Assembly: GCA_964579415.1 (NCBI GenBank)
Contig: CAZOGW010000002.1
Location: forward strand, 14,612-78,611
Source: an uncultured Acidimicrobiaceae bacterium
Lineage (GTDB): Bacteria > Actinomycetota > Acidimicrobiia > Spongiisociales > UBA5794
Direction of reading: 5' to 3'
Length of the DNA stretch: 64,000 bases
How positions within the stretch are numbered: the stretch's first letter is position 1; the number at the start of each line of letters is the position of its first letter. Positions 36,211 through 45,075 of this stretch are shown piece after piece. The notes under the pieces were generated by a model that made no database searches, was not told the DNA's origin, and saw only the letters and a program-made list of their open reading frames with translations. The translations under genes and the position numbers were made by a program.

Positions 36211-36971
36211 GCGACCAGCTCTTCGAACACGGCCCGCTCGAACACCCCAGGGCCGCCTCCGGCAGTGGCGTCGAGCAGCCGGATCCCCTCGGTCTCCATC
36301 TCGGACTTCACCACCCGGTAGCTCTGCAGCAGCGGCGCATCGTCGCCGGCGCCATCGCACCCGAGGAGCACGATCTCACCGAAGCCCATCAGGCGGGCCA
36401 GCACCAGGGCGAAGGTCGTCACGGTGTCGTGGGCGTCATCGAGCGGCTGTGCCGGGTCGAGGTTCATCGTCCCCCGCTCCTCGACCCGGAGTCTGGGATC
36501 GTCGAAGAGAAGGAAACGCACCTCGGAGAGGGGGAAGAGACTCTCGGCGTGCAGCAGCGAACGGAACCGGAAGGGAAAGAACTTGGTCACGCCGCCGGTC
36601 CGCTCCCCCAACAGCGTCGCCAGCTCGGCATCGAGTCGGGGTTCGGGGTTCCCCCAGCCCCCGAACAGCTCGTGGCCGGCGCCGCAGTAATAGGTGGGCT
36701 TCCATCGATCGAGTGCCGGGTGGCGGACCACCCAATCGGTGCCGAAGGCGGGCGTGTCCCCGATGAGCGACAGGTCCTGGGTCAGCAGCGACGGCCCGCC
36801 GGCGATGACGAAACACCGCTCACCGGCATGGCTGTTGCGGAGCTGCTCGATGCGGTCCAGCTCACCGCTCTCCCCGTAGGCGCGGCTGAGCCGGCGGCGC
36901 TGCAGCATCTGGCGATCCGACAGGCCCTGGAGGGAGTCTGCGAGCGCGGGCATGCCGGAGGGTGAGGTCAC
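36207..36971 (-). CDS. DUF115 / MptE-like (Maf, motility-accessory-factor-like) protein; candidate nonulosonic-acid transferase
   Basis: CFVIAGGPSL motif (compare Cst-II VIIAGNGPSL) followed by LLGCDGAGDD. Translationally coupled to the GT8 gene. Confidence 0.55.
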   Translation of the reverse strand: MTSPSGMPALADSLQGLSDRQMLQRRRLSRAYGESGELDRIEQLRNSHAGERCFVIAGGPSLLTQDLSLIGDTPAFGTDWVVRHPALDRWKPTYYCGAGHELFGGWGNPEPRLDAELATLLGERTGGVTKFFPFRFRSLLHAESLFPLSEVRFLLFDDPRLRVEERGTMNLDPAQPLDDAHDTVTTFALVLARLMGFGEIVLLGCDGAGDDAPLLQSYRVVKSEMETEGIRLLDATAGGGPGVFERAVFEELVA

Positions 36972-37495
36972 CGCCGTCCCCGGGCGCCACCCCTGCGGAG
37001 GCGCCGGGGGACGTCGAGGATGCGCGCCATCCGCCGGCCGAGCCGGTAGCTCCGGGAGGCACGGATGGCGTCGAGCTCGGACTGACGTAGTCGCGCCTGC
37101 TCCCGGGCCTGGCGCAGGCGGCGGCGTGAGCGGGCGAGTTGCTGCGTCAGCTCCTCGGTCTGGATGCGTGCCTCGTCTTCGATCTCGTCGATGCGCGCCC
37201 AGAAGAGGTCGACGTGCCCTTCCAGTCGCAAGACTTCGCCTTCGACGGCGCCCAGCGTCCGTGCCGAGGCCTCCAGCTTCGCCTCGAGCTCCGCATTGGC
37301 GGCGGTCAGCTCAGTCACCCGCCGCGCAGCGGCTTCGCCGGCCTCGATGAGTTCAGCGATCTGCCGACGCAGGTCCCGGATCTCCCGTTCCGCCTCGGCA
37401 GCTGCGGCGACGTCCGCCGCCGTCGCCACGTGGACCCTCTCTTCGGGACCGTCGTCATGAGCCATCGCAGCCGTTCTGTCGTGTGGTAGCGCCAC
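36968..37495 (-). CDS. Small coiled-coil protein (hypothetical)
   Basis: Continuous heptad-like Ala/Glu/Arg-rich helix (EREIRDLRRQIAELIEAGEAAARRVTELTAANAELEAKLE...); no enzymatic motifs. A 4-nt overlap with the downstream gene supports expression. Confidence 0.45.
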   Translation of the reverse strand: MALPHDRTAAMAHDDGPEERVHVATAADVAAAAEAEREIRDLRRQIAELIEAGEAAARRVTELTAANAELEAKLEASARTLGAVEGEVLRLEGHVDLFWARIDEIEDEARIQTEELTQQLARSRRRLRQAREQARLRQSELDAIRASRSYRLGRRMARILDVPRRLRRGGARGRR

Positions 37496-37512
37496 ATCGG
37501 GGAGGATACAGG

Positions 37513-37542
37513 GTTGGGATCGTTGGGATCGTTGAGATCGGC
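37513..37542. repeat. Short tandem 9-mer repeat (GGGATCGTT x2 plus a GAGATCGG variant) in a divergent promoter region
   Basis: Read directly: ggttgggatcgttgggatcgttgagatcgg, between 37495 (start of a minus-strand gene) and 37664 (start of a plus-strand gene). Candidate operator. Confidence 0.6.
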
Positions 37543-37663
37543 TTCCCGGTGCCAGCCACGGGACTCACCGACGTCACGGCAGGAGGATCGGTTGCCGAGG
37601 CGACGCGTGATACCGTCGCTCTGTGACATCCGGTACCGGCCACGACCAGGACATCCGCCGAGC

Positions 37664-38599
37664 ATGATGCGGTGCCCGGTATGTGGCCGGTTGACCCGCT
37701 CGCGGAGCTATCCCTTCCTCAACGTGGGCCGGCACCGGCATCCGACCTTCGACGGCCGGCACCTGTCGGCCTGCTCCCGGTGCGACTCGATGTGGTGCAC
37801 CGACGCGCCCACCAACGGCGAGCTGGGCGACTACTACGCCACCAGCTACGTCCCGGCGAGAATGGGCGAGGCCGACAAGGACACCTGGCCCATCTGGGAT
37901 ACCCGGGCGTACTCGCAGATCATGCTGGCTCGCCTCTTCGTCGACTGGGCACCGGGAGACCTGTTCGTCGACGTGGGCCCGGGCAACGGTGCCGCCCTCT
38001 CCGTGGCGCCGCTGCTGCTGCGGGACGCCCACCTCGGATGTGTCGAGTTCAATCCCCACGCCATCGAGTTCTTCCGCCGCCACGTTCCCGACATCACGGT
38101 CACCGAGTCGATCGAGGAGTTCGCCCCGGGTTCGGCCAAGATGGTCTACAGCGCCCACAGCCTCGAGCACTACCGCCCCGGCGACGCCTTCGACGGTCTG
38201 CGCGGCATCGCCCGGGCCCTGGCGCCGGGCGGTGTCCTGGCGCTGGAGGTGCCGTGGGCCCCATCGGCCCGTACCATCGCCGCCGGACGCCACACCCCCC
38301 ATCTGTTGTTCTTCTCGCCCCAGGGCCTGCAGCGCCTGCTCACACGTGCCGGTTTCGAGGTGGTGTTGTGGTTCACCTCGCGGGGACGGCGCGGCAACCG
38401 TGACGCGGTGGCGGACCACCCGGTTCCCCCGGACCTCGGTCGTGGCCTCGCCGCCCGCCTCTCCACCTTTGTCACCGGCGACCTGATGGCCTCGGTCCCC
38501 CGCGACGGCCAGCCCATCAAAGGTGTCATCAAGGTCGTGGCCGTCAACGGCGGGCGCCGCCTGATCGGCGGTCAGGCAGATGCCAGCAGGATGCGGTAG
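37664..38599 (+). CDS. Class I SAM-dependent methyltransferase with an N-terminal Cys4 zinc-ribbon
   Basis: CPVCG...CSRCDSMWC zinc ribbon; motif I LFVDVGPGNGAAL; post-II GGVLALEVP. Its 3' end overlaps the convergent ADH gene by 28 nt. Confidence 0.7.
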   Translation: MMRCPVCGRLTRSRSYPFLNVGRHRHPTFDGRHLSACSRCDSMWCTDAPTNGELGDYYATSYVPARMGEADKDTWPIWDTRAYSQIMLARLFVDWAPGDLFVDVGPGNGAALSVAPLLLRDAHLGCVEFNPHAIEFFRRHVPDITVTESIEEFAPGSAKMVYSAHSLEHYRPGDAFDGLRGIARALAPGGVLALEVPWAPSARTIAAGRHTPHLLFFSPQGLQRLLTRAGFEVVLWFTSRGRRGNRDAVADHPVPPDLGRGLAARLSTFVTGDLMASVPRDGQPIKGVIKVVAVNGGRRLIGGQADASRMR

Positions 38600-39726
38600 A
38601 GGGCATCGTCCCCGTAGCGGACAGGGTTGTTGCCGAGGCGCTCGACGTTGACCGACTCCGCCAGCCTGCGCAGGCCGGGCTCGTCGCCGATACCCACCTC
38701 TCCCAGCGACGCCGGAAGGTCGATCTCCCGCAGCAGGGCGTTGAATCGTTCCCGGGCGGTGCCTTCCGCAGCGGCTCCAAGCCGGGACCTGATCTCCTCC
38801 ATCACGGAGAGGTGGGTGGCCCGATCGACGGTGGCCTGGAGATCGGCGGGGTCGGCAGCGGAGTGGGCGTCGATGAAGGCGCCCAGCGTCAGTGCCACCG
38901 CGCTGCCATGGTTGACGCCGTAGCCCTTGGTGATGGCGTACGACAGGGCGTGGGCCGCCGTGGTCCTCGACACGTCGATGGCCTTGCCGGCGAGGTGGCT
39001 GCCGATGCTCATGGCGCGCGCCGAGTCGATGTCGGGTCGGTTAACAAAGGTCTCGATGGCGGGGAGGAGCAGGTCGAGGGCACGCCGGGCGCGGCGGCGG
39101 CTCCACGGCGAAGCGGCCGCCGCCCACAGGCTCTCGACCGCCTGGCACACTGCGTCGATGCCGGAGGTGGCCCGCTGGTGCGCCGAGCCGCTCATGGCGA
39201 GCCGGGGGTCGAGGACGATGTGGTCGGCGTACATCCCCGGCCCGGCGATGGAGAACTTCTCCTCACCGGAGTAGACGACGGCGAAGTGGGTGGCCTCGCT
39301 CCCCGAGCCGCTCGTGGTCGGCACCAGCACCAGCGAGCGGTCGCGGGAGGCGATCGTGCCACCTTCCCGGATGGTCGCTTCGAGCCGGTGCGTCGCCGTG
39401 GATCCGTAACCACACAGCAGCTTGGCCATGTCCATGGCGCTGCCTCCGCCGACACCCAGCACCAGGTCCGGCTCCCACTCGGCGGCCAGGGCCAGCCCCA
39501 CTGCCAGGTCGGCGGCGTCGGTGTTGGGGGCGAAGTCGCTCCAGCGGTGCACCTCGGCGACCGCCTCCAGCCCGGGCAACATGGCGGCGGCGCCGCTGGC
39601 CTCGAACGAGCGTCGCCCGCACACCAGCATGATCCGCCGTGCCTGCAGCGCCCGGGCGATCCCGGGAACATCGCCGGCGGCGCCGTCGCCGTAACTGGTT
39701 GGCACCTTGCGGGCCGGTTCCTTCAC
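38572..39726 (-). CDS. Iron-containing (group III) alcohol dehydrogenase; predicted phosphonoacetaldehyde reductase (PhpC/FomC-like)
   Basis: Fe-ADH family motifs (GGGSAMDMAK, GxxHxxxH-type metal region AHALSYAITKGYGVNHG). Translationally coupled (ATGA-type overlap) to the phosphonopyruvate decarboxylase gene. Confidence 0.7.
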   Translation of the reverse strand: MKEPARKVPTSYGDGAAGDVPGIARALQARRIMLVCGRRSFEASGAAAMLPGLEAVAEVHRWSDFAPNTDAADLAVGLALAAEWEPDLVLGVGGGSAMDMAKLLCGYGSTATHRLEATIREGGTIASRDRSLVLVPTTSGSGSEATHFAVVYSGEEKFSIAGPGMYADHIVLDPRLAMSGSAHQRATSGIDAVCQAVESLWAAAASPWSRRRARRALDLLLPAIETFVNRPDIDSARAMSIGSHLAGKAIDVSRTTAAHALSYAITKGYGVNHGSAVALTLGAFIDAHSAADPADLQATVDRATHLSVMEEIRSRLGAAAEGTARERFNALLREIDLPASLGEVGIGDEPGLRRLAESVNVERLGNNPVRYGDDALYRILLASA

Positions 39727-40859
39727 GGCGCCGGCTCGGCGAGCGCCTTCATGAAGGCTGCCTTGGAGTCGGCGGGTGAGCGGGTGGGGCGGCCCAGGTC
39801 GGAACGATGCCCGGGGCGGACCACCAGTTCCAGGAGGCTCGGCCCGCCACCGCGGCGCATCTCCGCCACGTTGCGTTCCAGGTCCGTCACCCCGGTCAGC
39901 GACCGCGCCCAGCGGTACCCGGCGGCGATGCCGAGCGCGGGCACGTCCACGACGTCGATCGACGTCGGCTGGCCGCCGACGCTGTCATGGACCCCGTTGT
40001 TGAACACGACGTGGAAGTAGTTGGCCGGGGCGTGATCTGCGATGACGGCGAGGCTGCCCATGTGCATGAGCAGCGCACCATCGCCGTCGAGGCACCACAC
40101 CTCGCGGTCCGGTTCGTCGAGGGCGACGCCGAGGGCGATCGAGGAGGCGTGGCCCATGCCGCCGACGGTGAGGAAGTCGAGAGCGCGGTCCTCCCCGGCG
40201 CCGCTGCGCAGCTCGAACAGCTCCCGGCTCAGCATCCCGGTGGTGGACACGATGACGGCATCGTCGCCCAACAACCCGACCAGAGCGCCCAGCGCCTCCT
40301 CCCGGGTGGGTACCGCGGCGTCGGGCGACGGGTCGACGGGCACGACCGGTGCGAAGGTCCCCTTCTCCACCAGGAGGACGAAGGGCCCGCTGCGCTCCTC
40401 GGCGAGCCGGACCGCTTCGGCCACGACCTGGGCCGCATCCTCCGGCTCCCGGGGCAGCACCGACCACGGCAGGTCCATGCCGTCCAGCATCGACGTCATG
40501 ACCCGTCCCTGCTTGACGTGCTGCGGCTCGTCCTTGACGCCGGGCTGGCCCCGCCAGCCGATCACCAGGAGCATGGGGACGCCGTAGACGTCGGGGTCGG
40601 CCAGCGACAGCAGCGGGTTCACCGTGTTCCCGGTCCCCGAGTTCTGCAGGTAGACGGCGGCAGGGCGGCCGGTGCGCAGGTAGTGGCCGATGGCGATGCC
40701 GACCGAGCCGCCCTCGTTGGCGGCGATGACGTGTCGCGAGCGGGGTAGCTCCGCCATGACGTGCCGCCCCAGTTCCTTGAGCAGGCTGTCGGGCACCCCG
40801 GTGAAGAACGTGATCCCCTGCGCTTCGAGCCAGGCGACGAAGTCCTCCGCTCGGATCAT
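39723..40859 (-). CDS. ppd: Phosphonopyruvate decarboxylase (TPP-dependent)
   Basis: 378 aa with a TPP pyrimidine-binding N-domain and a C-domain carrying the GDG(X)n NN-like motif ([17 protein letters not shown]...FNNG). Start [12 protein letters not shown] at 40859 overlaps the ppm stop by 4 nt. The annotated upstream extension to 41825 is a shadow frame. Confidence 0.8.
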   Translation of the reverse strand: MIRAEDFVAWLEAQGITFFTGVPDSLLKELGRHVMAELPRSRHVIAANEGGSVGIAIGHYLRTGRPAAVYLQNSGTGNTVNPLLSLADPDVYGVPMLLVIGWRGQPGVKDEPQHVKQGRVMTSMLDGMDLPWSVLPREPEDAAQVVAEAVRLAEERSGPFVLLVEKGTFAPVVPVDPSPDAAVPTREEALGALVGLLGDDAVIVSTTGMLSRELFELRSGAGEDRALDFLTVGGMGHASSIALGVALDEPDREVWCLDGDGALLMHMGSLAVIADHAPANYFHVVFNNGVHDSVGGQPTSIDVVDVPALGIAAGYRWARSLTGVTDLERNVAEMRRGGGPSLLELVVRPGHRSDLGRPTRSPADSKAAFMKALAEPAP

Positions 40860-42166
40860 GTGGCGTTCTCCGGGACGATGGTGAGCACCTCGGAGATGGG
40901 GGCGATCATCTGGTCGGCTTCGAGGGAGCGGCCGTGGGTGAGAACGCTCTCGGCGACGCGTCGCATCTGCGGGTAGGCGGCACGGAGCATGTGGTTGGCG
41001 TAGATCACGATGCGCACGCCGGCATCGGCCAGCTCGGCCTCGGTGACCTGGTTGTACGACGTGGGCACGGCGACGATGGGGACCTGCTTGGCGAACTTGG
41101 CGGCATGGGCGCAGAACTCGAACACCTCTTCGGGATCCCTGCGCCGGCTGTGGATCATGATCCCGTCGGCGCCGGCATCGACGTAGGCTTCGGCCCGCTC
41201 GACGGCGTCGTCGACTCCCTTGTCGAGGATCAGGCTCTCGATACGGGCGATCACCATGAAGTCGGAGGTGATCTGCGACTGCTTGCCGATGGCGATGCGG
41301 CCGCAGAAGTCCTCGATGGAGGACTGGGTCTGGGTGACGTCGGTACCGAAGAGCGAGTTGCGCTTGAGGCCTTCCTTGTCCTCGATGATCACCGCCGACA
41401 CTCCGAGGCGCTCCAGGGAGCGCACCGTGAAGGCGAAGTGCTCCGGCTTGCCGCCGGTGTCGCCGTCGAAGATGAGGGGCTTGGTGGTGACCTCGAACAA
41501 TTCGTTCACCATCTGCAGCCGGGAGCTGATGTCCACCGCCTCGATGTCGGGTTTGCCCCGGGAGGTGGAATCGGTCAGCGAGCTGGACCACATCCCGTCG
41601 AATTCGACGGTCCTCCCGTCGCGCTCCACCTGGGCGTTCTCGACGATGAGCCCGGACAGCCCGCTGTGGGCCTCCATGATGCGCACCACCGGCTTGTTGG
41701 CCAGCAGGCGCCCCAGGCGCGCCAGGCGGACGTTGGGTGTGGTCCCCACCTGTTTGATGGCGGCGTTGAGCTGGGTCGAGGAGATGCCCTCCGTGTAGGG
41801 GACCTCCACCAACTCCCCTCCCCACTCCGCCAGGGCGTCGATGACCCGCTGGCGGGTGTCCCGCTGCACGCCGCTGCGCCAGTCGTCTCCGTGCACCACG
41901 AAGTCGGGGCGGAGGCGCTGCAGGTTGGGGACGTAGTCCAGAGTCTCCTGGGCCACCACCACGGTCACGCCCTTGAGGTTCTCCACCACCGCCCGGCGCT
42001 GCTCGTAGGTCATGTGCGGCAGCCGCTTGTAGCCGGAGATGGCCCGGTCGGTGAGCAGGCCGACGGTGACGTCGCCGATCTCGGCGGCGCGTCGGAGGAT
42101 GTTGATGTGGCCGGGGTGGATGAGGTCGGCGCTCATGCCCACGTACACGCTGGGGCGGGTTGACAT
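40856..42166 (-). CDS. ppm: Bifunctional phosphonate cytidylyltransferase (PntC-like HxGH nucleotidyltransferase) fused to phosphoenolpyruvate phosphomutase (Ppm)
   Basis: N-terminal approximately 140 aa: [15 protein letters not shown] (HxGH) plus an RISSTQ-like region [10 protein letters not shown], i.e. the GlpT/TagD-type cytidylyltransferase fold. C-terminal PEP mutase: [16 protein letters not shown]...VIIEDK...IARIES. Start at ATG 42166 ([10 protein letters not shown]); the 746-aa annotated ORF upstream of this is a shadow frame. Confidence 0.85.
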   Translation of the reverse strand: MSTRPSVYVGMSADLIHPGHINILRRAAEIGDVTVGLLTDRAISGYKRLPHMTYEQRRAVVENLKGVTVVVAQETLDYVPNLQRLRPDFVVHGDDWRSGVQRDTRQRVIDALAEWGGELVEVPYTEGISSTQLNAAIKQVGTTPNVRLARLGRLLANKPVVRIMEAHSGLSGLIVENAQVERDGRTVEFDGMWSSSLTDSTSRGKPDIEAVDISSRLQMVNELFEVTTKPLIFDGDTGGKPEHFAFTVRSLERLGVSAVIIEDKEGLKRNSLFGTDVTQTQSSIEDFCGRIAIGKQSQITSDFMVIARIESLILDKGVDDAVERAEAYVDAGADGIMIHSRRRDPEEVFEFCAHAAKFAKQVPIVAVPTSYNQVTEAELADAGVRIVIYANHMLRAAYPQMRRVAESVLTHGRSLEADQMIAPISEVLTIVPENAT

Positions 42167-42195
42167 GTCGGGTGCTCCGTTTCGGGGTTGGGTAT

Positions 42196-44964
42196 TCAGG
42201 TGATCTCGAACGGGGAGGGGATCGGGTAGAGGGAATCGAGGAGCGAACGAACCACCGCCGCCTGGCGGGCGTGGTCGATGTCGGTGTGGAGGGTGGCGTT
42301 GAGGCAGAAGTACGTCGGCCGCCGCGACACGATGTCGTGGACTCGCCGCGCCATGTCGGCCCGACCGGTGTCGAGATACACGTAGGCGCCGGACGGCTGC
42401 GGCCACTCCACCGCGGCGCCGGTGGCGACGCCGTAGAAGTGGGCGAACATGCTGGGGATGGCCAGGTCGGTGGCCGACCTGAACCGGGCGGCCCTGGTGC
42501 GGGTGTACTCCTCCGGGTAGCGGCGTTCCATCTCCTCCAGCACGGAGCGGCGCAGGGCGTGGGGGATGTGCTGGACCTTGCGGTCGAAGCGGATGCCGAA
42601 GTCCCGGGCGATGATGTCGGAGGCGTTGTAGGCGGCCCAGTCGGTGGGGATCGCGTCGGGACCCGGTCGCCCCTCGTAGATGTACTGGGTGGGGGCGAAC
42701 CGCACCTTGCTCAACCCGGCACGGGTGAAGAAGTCGTCGACGGTCACCTCCCGGCCCAGGAACACGTCGTCGTTGAAGTAGAGGAAGTGCTCTGCGACGC
42801 CGGGTACCCGGTGCAGGTTGGCCTCGATGGCCTGCGAGTTGAAGGTGGGCAGCACCGACGGGTCGGGGAAGACGTCCCGGTGGGATACCACCGAGATGCG
42901 CTCGTCGGAGGTGTCCAGCCAGGCCGGCACCTGGTCGGCGGTCACCAGGTGGATGTGGCGGACGAACGGGGCGTACATCCACACCGACCGCAGCGAGTAG
43001 CGCAGCTCGTCGCGGTCGATGAAACGCTCGGCGTTGTCGGCGCTGGTGAGCGAGGTTCCACCCGCACCGCTGTGGGCGGCATGGGCGCGGCGCCATTCCG
43101 GGTCGGCCGGGTCGACCCAGGTGTAGACGACGTCGACCTCGCCGACGGTGTGGTGGCGGCCGACGGAGCTCACCGGCCGGGTCGGGGGCGGTGCCCCCTC
43201 CAGCAGCTCGGGGAACTCTGCCGTCCAGTCGACTCGGGCGGCGCGTGGCTCCACTGTGATGACCCGCTGCTTGGCGGGAACCGGCGCCACGAACATCACC
43301 CCGAGGCCCTGCACGCGGGCGGCGCCCTGCGGGAGACCGCCCGGGGCCGGCCCGACGGCGATCGATCGGGCCGGGAAGAGGTCCTCGAAGGTGACGGTGC
43401 CCATACCGACCATGCGGGACCTGCGGTCGCCCCCCGCCAGGTGAACCACCAGCCCCGGGTAGTCCCGGCCCACCGCCACCAACACGTCACCGAGCATGCG
43501 CTTGTCCCGCTCGGCCACGGCGCACAGCGGCCTGCCGTCGACCTCGGCGACGGCAAAGGCGAGCCCGGCCTCTTTGGCCGCCGTGGCGAGGACGGCGGCC
43601 AGCGCACGGCGTTGCCGGTCCGGGGTGGCGCCGAGGGCCTTCACCACGGGAGGCACGGCGGGCGGCCTCGGAGAGGCGGCGCCGTCCGCCGCGGTGCCGG
43701 CTGCGGGCGTGCCGTCCGCCAGCTCGTCGACCTCCCGCTTGCGGGCCACCTGCAGGATGTCGTGCCACGTCTTGAGCAGCCGCGCCTCGATGCGGGGGTA
43801 GCGAGTCATGGTAAGGCGGGCGCGCTGCTTGGCGCGAAGGGTGACGTCGCCGATGCCTTTGGGCCGGCCGGCACGGAGGCGGCTGTTCTGCCGGGAGAGG
43901 TGGCGATTCTCCGTCTCGAGGCGGCGGTTGCGCCCCATCAGCTCCCTGGTGCGTGCCCGCACCTGCCAGCGGGCGAAGTCGTAGGGTTCGCCGTTGTCGA
44001 TCAGATCGACGATGGCGTCGGCGCACGCTCTCCCTGCCGTCCCGTGGTTGACGAAGAAGCGGTCGACGAAGCCGCGGTAGGCGGCGTCATCGGCGAGCCG
44101 GCTGCGGGCCTCGGCGACGGCATCGTCGAGGGGGCGGCCCGACTCCCACACCACGCCGAGGCCGGCCAGGTGGGAACGGTCGATGTCGGCGGCGGAGAGC
44201 CGGTGGTAGTCCTCCGCCTCGGGATCGGCGTCGCCCACCAGGACCAGCGGCCGCCGGGCGTAGAGGGCATCGAAGGCGGCGCCGGAGAAGTCGGTGATGA
44301 CGAAGTCGGCGGCGCCGATCAGTTCGGCGGGCGAACGGTCGGCGCCGACCAGGCTGCAGTTGGGGGGAAGGATTCCGGCGGCGCGGGGGTCTTCGGCGTG
44401 GTGGAGTTTCACGCTGATCTCGACGGGGAGGCCGGAGAGGCGGCGGCCCACCGCCTCCAGCGAGGACAGCGACCCGTAGGTGGGCAGGTAGAGGCCCTTC
44501 GCCGATCCGCCCTGTGGCGCAGGCGGCAGTCCCCCGGCGAGAAGCTCGTCGAACAGGGGGTTGCCCACGGCCCGGGCGTGGGCGAACCCGGCAACCCGGT
44601 CCACCGAGTACGGCCCGTACATGAGATTGGCGTTGGCCAGGGAGCGCCACACGCCGTACTGGTAGGTCTCCTTGCCCAGGCTGTACTGCTGCGCAACCAC
44701 CAGCGACCGCTCCAGGAGGGCGTTGGGGAGGACCGGCGTCTGGCACACGATCACATCGAAACGGCCGTCGAGGGTCCGCAGATGCTGCTTGGGGACCCAT
44801 TCCACGGTGGCGGCGGGCAGGTGTGCCCGGATGAAGGCCTCATCGACCTCGAAGTCACGGTCGCGCGTCTCAATGACGAACGTCGACGCCCCCAGCGCGG
44901 CCGCGATGGGTCGGTAATGGTGGACCTGATACCGGTTGGTGATGAGGAATGCGATACGTGTCAT
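42196..44964 (-). CDS. Fusion of a TagF-like glycerophosphotransferase-family domain, a coiled-coil linker, and a C-terminal Stealth (CR1-CR4) hexose-1-phosphotransferase domain
   Basis: TagF-like: [13 protein letters not shown]...[14 protein letters not shown]. Stealth CR1-CR4: [46 protein letters not shown]...[32 protein letters not shown]. Confidence 0.8.
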   Translation of the reverse strand: MTRIAFLITNRYQVHHYRPIAAALGASTFVIETRDRDFEVDEAFIRAHLPAATVEWVPKQHLRTLDGRFDVIVCQTPVLPNALLERSLVVAQQYSLGKETYQYGVWRSLANANLMYGPYSVDRVAGFAHARAVGNPLFDELLAGGLPPAPQGGSAKGLYLPTYGSLSSLEAVGRRLSGLPVEISVKLHHAEDPRAAGILPPNCSLVGADRSPAELIGAADFVITDFSGAAFDALYARRPLVLVGDADPEAEDYHRLSAADIDRSHLAGLGVVWESGRPLDDAVAEARSRLADDAAYRGFVDRFFVNHGTAGRACADAIVDLIDNGEPYDFARWQVRARTRELMGRNRRLETENRHLSRQNSRLRAGRPKGIGDVTLRAKQRARLTMTRYPRIEARLLKTWHDILQVARKREVDELADGTPAAGTAADGAASPRPPAVPPVVKALGATPDRQRRALAAVLATAAKEAGLAFAVAEVDGRPLCAVAERDKRMLGDVLVAVGRDYPGLVVHLAGGDRRSRMVGMGTVTFEDLFPARSIAVGPAPGGLPQGAARVQGLGVMFVAPVPAKQRVITVEPRAARVDWTAEFPELLEGAPPPTRPVSSVGRHHTVGEVDVVYTWVDPADPEWRRAHAAHSGAGGTSLTSADNAERFIDRDELRYSLRSVWMYAPFVRHIHLVTADQVPAWLDTSDERISVVSHRDVFPDPSVLPTFNSQAIEANLHRVPGVAEHFLYFNDDVFLGREVTVDDFFTRAGLSKVRFAPTQYIYEGRPGPDAIPTDWAAYNASDIIARDFGIRFDRKVQHIPHALRRSVLEEMERRYPEEYTRTRAARFRSATDLAIPSMFAHFYGVATGAAVEWPQPSGAYVYLDTGRADMARRVHDIVSRRPTYFCLNATLHTDIDHARQAAVVRSLLDSLYPIPSPFEIT

Positions 44965-45075
44965 CGTCCGCTGCGCGAGTCGAACCGGCGGCCAGACCAG
45001 GGGGATCCACCGGGGGAAACCCCGAGTTTACCTCAGCGTCATTTCCAAGGCATCATCATGCGGCGTCCGCTCACG

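Noticed and set aside
40860-41825. N-terminal 320 codons of annotated ORF 39723-41825 (minus)
   Set aside because: Out-of-frame overlap with the PEP mutase gene. The translation is Arg/Gly/Pro-rich nonsense. The true ppd start is the ATG at 40859 ([19 protein letters not shown]).
42167-43096. N-terminal 310 codons of annotated ORF 40856-43096 (minus)
   Set aside because: Overlaps the TagF-Stealth gene in another frame. The real PntC-Ppm start is ATG 42166 ([20 protein letters not shown]).
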